Shown one piece after another: positions 51,794 to 54,122 of a DNA stretch of 54,122 bases (its first letter is position 1; each line of letters begins with the position of its first letter). Position numbers and translations under genes: made by a program. The stretch spans positions 1-54,122 of IMG/VR virus record IMGVR_UViG_3300036830_000174. The stretch is one strand, 5' to 3'. Below the pieces are notes generated by a model that was not told the origin of the DNA, ran no database searches, and saw only the letters and a list, made by a program, of their open reading frames with translations. Source of the stretch: a virus. Lineage: Duplodnaviria; Caudoviricetes.

Positions 51794-52588
51794 GTGAGCG
51801 CTCCGCTGCTGTTCGTCCGCGAAGGTCGCACGCTGCCGTTCGTGCCCGTCACCATGCAGGCCCTGAGCGCGATCGCCGGCGCCGCGAGCGCTCGGCGGCT
51901 GGCCTATGCCCGCTCGATGTACCTCGCGCTGCTCGAGCACGCCAACGAGCACCGCGACGATCGTGCAGCGCTCTCGCGCAAGGAACTCGGCGAGCGCACT
52001 GGCTGCTCGCCTGACCTCATCAGCGACCTGGCGCCGGTGCTCGTCGAGGCCCGCGTGATCAAAGTCCACGAGCGCCATCACGCCGGTCAGCGCCTCGAGA
52101 ACGAATGGGTCATCGTCGAGCCGCCGGAAAACCGGACCCCCTTGGCTGCCAGCCACGACCCCCTAGGCGCGCAGCCACAGCGAAGTGACGTAGAAGTTAA
52201 GAATGGTGTGGATACCCCCATATCCCCCACGGACGAGATTGGGGAGGTCTGGCAGCACTACGACGTGACGGTCGCGAAACCGAACCGCCTGCGCCGGCAG
52301 CTTGGCGACACGGAGAAGCGGATCATCCGCACGGCGCTCTCGGTGCGCCCGAAGGCCGAGGTCCTGCGCGCGATCGACGGGCTCGGCCGCTCGCCGCATC
52401 ACAACGGCGAGAACGACCGGAGCAAGAAGTACCTCGAGCTGCGCTACGCCCTGCGTGGCAACAGCCAGAAAGGCGAGACCCCCGAACAGCGCATCGACAT
52501 GATGTGCGAAGTCGCGGCCGCGCCGACGCCGGCGGCCGCGCTCGAGCCGCTCATCAAGCAAGGCGATGCCTGGAAGGACCGGATATGA
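51794..52588 (+). CDS. Replication initiator (wHTH, lambda O-like organisation)
   Basis: AAGGAGG RBS; SRKELGERTGCS HTH; upstream of DnaC-like gene; internal iterons. Confidence 0.7.
   Translation: MSAPLLFVREGRTLPFVPVTMQALSAIAGAASARRLAYARSMYLALLEHANEHRDDRAALSRKELGERTGCSPDLISDLAPVLVEARVIKVHERHHAGQRLENEWVIVEPPENRTPLAASHDPLGAQPQRSDVEVKNGVDTPISPTDEIGEVWQHYDVTVAKPNRLRRQLGDTEKRIIRTALSVRPKAEVLRAIDGLGRSPHHNGENDRSKKYLELRYALRGNSQKGETPEQRIDMMCEVAAAPTPAAALEPLIKQGDAWKDRI
52135..52178 (+). repeat. Two tandem 22-bp iteron-like repeats (candidate origin)
   Basis: GACCCCCTTGGCTGCCAGCCAC / GACCCCCTAGGCGCGCAGCCAC (18/22) followed by an A-rich tract. Confidence 0.55.
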
Positions 52589-53475
52589 CGCCGACGTCTG
52601 TCCGGCCACGCCCGGACACTCTCGCTATGCCCGCTGCCTCCGCAAAGCCCAAGCGCCGCAAACGCGCGCCAGTCAAACCGCCCGACATCTTCGGGACCGG
52701 CAGCGGCCGCATGGTCGCGCTGAAAGGCGACCGCGCGTGCACTGGCTGCGGGCGCAAGGTCTCGTTGCGCTTCCGCGGCGCATCGGATTCGCTCGGTGCT
52801 CGGCTGACGCGTGCGAACCTGCGCGAGGGCGCGCCGGTGCTATGCGAAAAGTGCATAGACGCTGCGGACGCTGCCGAGCGCGAGCGCGAAGACCGCGAGC
52901 GCGACGCCGAGGCCCGCGCGCTGCGCCTGCGCTCGTCGCGGATCCCGGAGCGCTGGCGCACGGTCAAGCTCGAGGACCTCGACCGCGACGAGCGCGCGGC
53001 CGCGATCGACGTCGCGCGCGAGTGGGCAAGCGAGCCCGACGCGCGCGGACTGCTGCTGCACGGCCGCGTCGGTCGTGGCAAGACGGTGATCGCCGGTGCC
53101 GCCGCAGTGCTGCGCCTGAACGTCGGCCACGTGCGCTGGCTCGGCGTCGCTGACCTGATGACGAAACTGCGGATGCCCTTCGAGTCGCCGGAGTACAAGT
53201 CGGCGCTGCGCGCGATCGAGGCCGACCAGGCGCGCGGTGCACTCGTGCTCGACGACCTCGACAAGGTGCCGGTGAAGGACCACCAGCTACAGCCGCTATA
53301 CGTCGCGATCAACAACTGGATCGAGGGTCCGCTGCCGCTGCTCGTGACGATGAACCGCTCGCCCGAGCAGTTGCGCGCGTGGGCCGGCGAGAACTTCGGC
53401 GAGGCGCTCGCGTCTCGGCTCGTCGGCTACTGCCGCACGGTCGAGGTCCTCGGCCGCGACCGCCGCCTGGACTGA
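52585..53475 (+). CDS. DnaC/IstB-like helicase loader ATPase
   Basis: GLLLHGRVGRGKT Walker A, LVLDDL Walker B, VTMN, SRL, G.DRR. Confidence 0.88.
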   Translation: MTPTSVRPRPDTLAMPAASAKPKRRKRAPVKPPDIFGTGSGRMVALKGDRACTGCGRKVSLRFRGASDSLGARLTRANLREGAPVLCEKCIDAADAAEREREDRERDAEARALRLRSSRIPERWRTVKLEDLDRDERAAAIDVAREWASEPDARGLLLHGRVGRGKTVIAGAAAVLRLNVGHVRWLGVADLMTKLRMPFESPEYKSALRAIEADQARGALVLDDLDKVPVKDHQLQPLYVAINNWIEGPLPLLVTMNRSPEQLRAWAGENFGEALASRLVGYCRTVEVLGRDRRLD

Positions 53476-54056
53476 TGGCCGAGCAGGTCCTGCTCGAGCT
53501 GTGGGTGCCGGGCGAGCCCGTGCCGCAGGGCTCGATGCAGGCGTTCGTGCCGCTGCACCCGAAGACAAAGCAGCCCTACCGCCGCGACGGCGGCGGGATC
53601 GTCGTCAACGTCAAGGCGTCGAACGAGAAGGCGCTCAAGCCGTGGCGCGCGAAGATCGCCGAGTTCGCCGCCGGCGCGTGGAGCGAGGAGCCGCTGACTG
53701 ACGTCTCGCTGATGGTCGAGGCCGACTTCTTCCTCAAGCGCCGCGAGAACGACTGGGGCACCGGGCGCAACGCCGCGGTGCTCAAGCCCCACGCCGAAGC
53801 CGCCCCGGCGCAGGACCCCGACGTGGACAAGCTCTTGCGCGCGGTGCTCGATGGACTGACCGGCGTGCTCTGGCATGACGACAACCTCGTGACGCTCGCC
53901 GTCGCCGAGAAGCACTACGCCGTGCCGAGCGAACGCGGCGACGGCCAGGGCGTCGCGCTCAAGGTGCTGCGCCGCGAGGTGCAGGTCGCCGAGTTCCTGC
54001 CGATCGAGCAGCAGCGCCGCGTCGCGCCGGGCGAATCGCAGCTCGCGCTCACGTAG
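53475..54056 (+). CDS. rusA: RusA-like Holliday junction resolvase
   Basis: PGEPVPQGS, PDVDKLLRAVLDGLTG..W.DD..V....EKHY. Confidence 0.88.
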   Translation: MAEQVLLELWVPGEPVPQGSMQAFVPLHPKTKQPYRRDGGGIVVNVKASNEKALKPWRAKIAEFAAGAWSEEPLTDVSLMVEADFFLKRRENDWGTGRNAAVLKPHAEAAPAQDPDVDKLLRAVLDGLTGVLWHDDNLVTLAVAEKHYAVPSERGDGQGVALKVLRREVQVAEFLPIEQQRRVAPGESQLALT

Positions 54057-54058
54057 TC

Positions 54059-54111
54059 ATTCACGACTATTCACGAACAAGGTGGTAAACGGCTGACCAC
54101 CGTGCTATCGT
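54059..54111 (+). promoter_or_regulatory. Direct repeats + palindrome + extended -10 at window end
   Basis: ATTCACGA x2 (54059, 54069), AGGTGGTAAAC-G-GCTGACCACCG (54080-54102), TGCTATCGT (54103-54111). Confidence 0.5.
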
Positions 54112-54122
54112 CCGCGATCTTG

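Larger units (their letters stand above)
1..54122 (+). mobile_element. Partial genome of a contractile-tailed (myovirus-like) phage/prophage, probably actinobacterial host
   Basis: Ordered head, sheath/tube/baseplate, lysis and recombination/replication modules; tightly packed genes with ATGA/GTGA overlaps. Confidence 0.95.

Noticed and set aside
1-54122. tRNA/rRNA genes, terminal repeats, att sites
   Set aside because: None recognised by eye; window ends do not match each other

Overview
The window is a large part of a high-GC tailed phage or prophage genome, almost all on the + strand. The host is probably an actinobacterium, inferred from the high GC, the many leaderless TAnnnT promoters and a RecA-NDp/PafBC-type promoter. 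Layout: (1) 1-11976, small accessory and regulatory genes, including an RHH protein, a Mom-like XF1762 protein, a ParB-like DGQHR protein, an IclR regulator and a structured non-coding element; (2) 11969-27619, head and neck genes: portal, MuF-like protein, an LxE-punctuated polyprotein, protease-scaffold, cement, Mu gpT-like capsid, and a fibre plus glycoside hydrolase; (3) 27669-42512, a PBSX/Xkd-type contractile tail; (4) 42968-47060, a lipoprotein-type GH25 lysin, fibre genes and a holin; (5) 47239-54056, recombination and replication genes (RecT-like, PD-(D/E)XK exonuclease, HNH, initiator with iterons, DnaC-like, RusA). No terminase, integrase or CI-like repressor is visible. The most notable result is an apparent trans-acting antisense RNA regulon. 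Four dispersed promoters start their transcripts with the same tag, GTTACCCGATC. A roughly 95-nt promoter-to-terminator unit at about 47095-47188 is complementary to that tag and to the Shine-Dalgarno/start region of all four mRNAs, and several of its deviations are G-U compatible. All protein calls are by motif recognition only; no database search was run.
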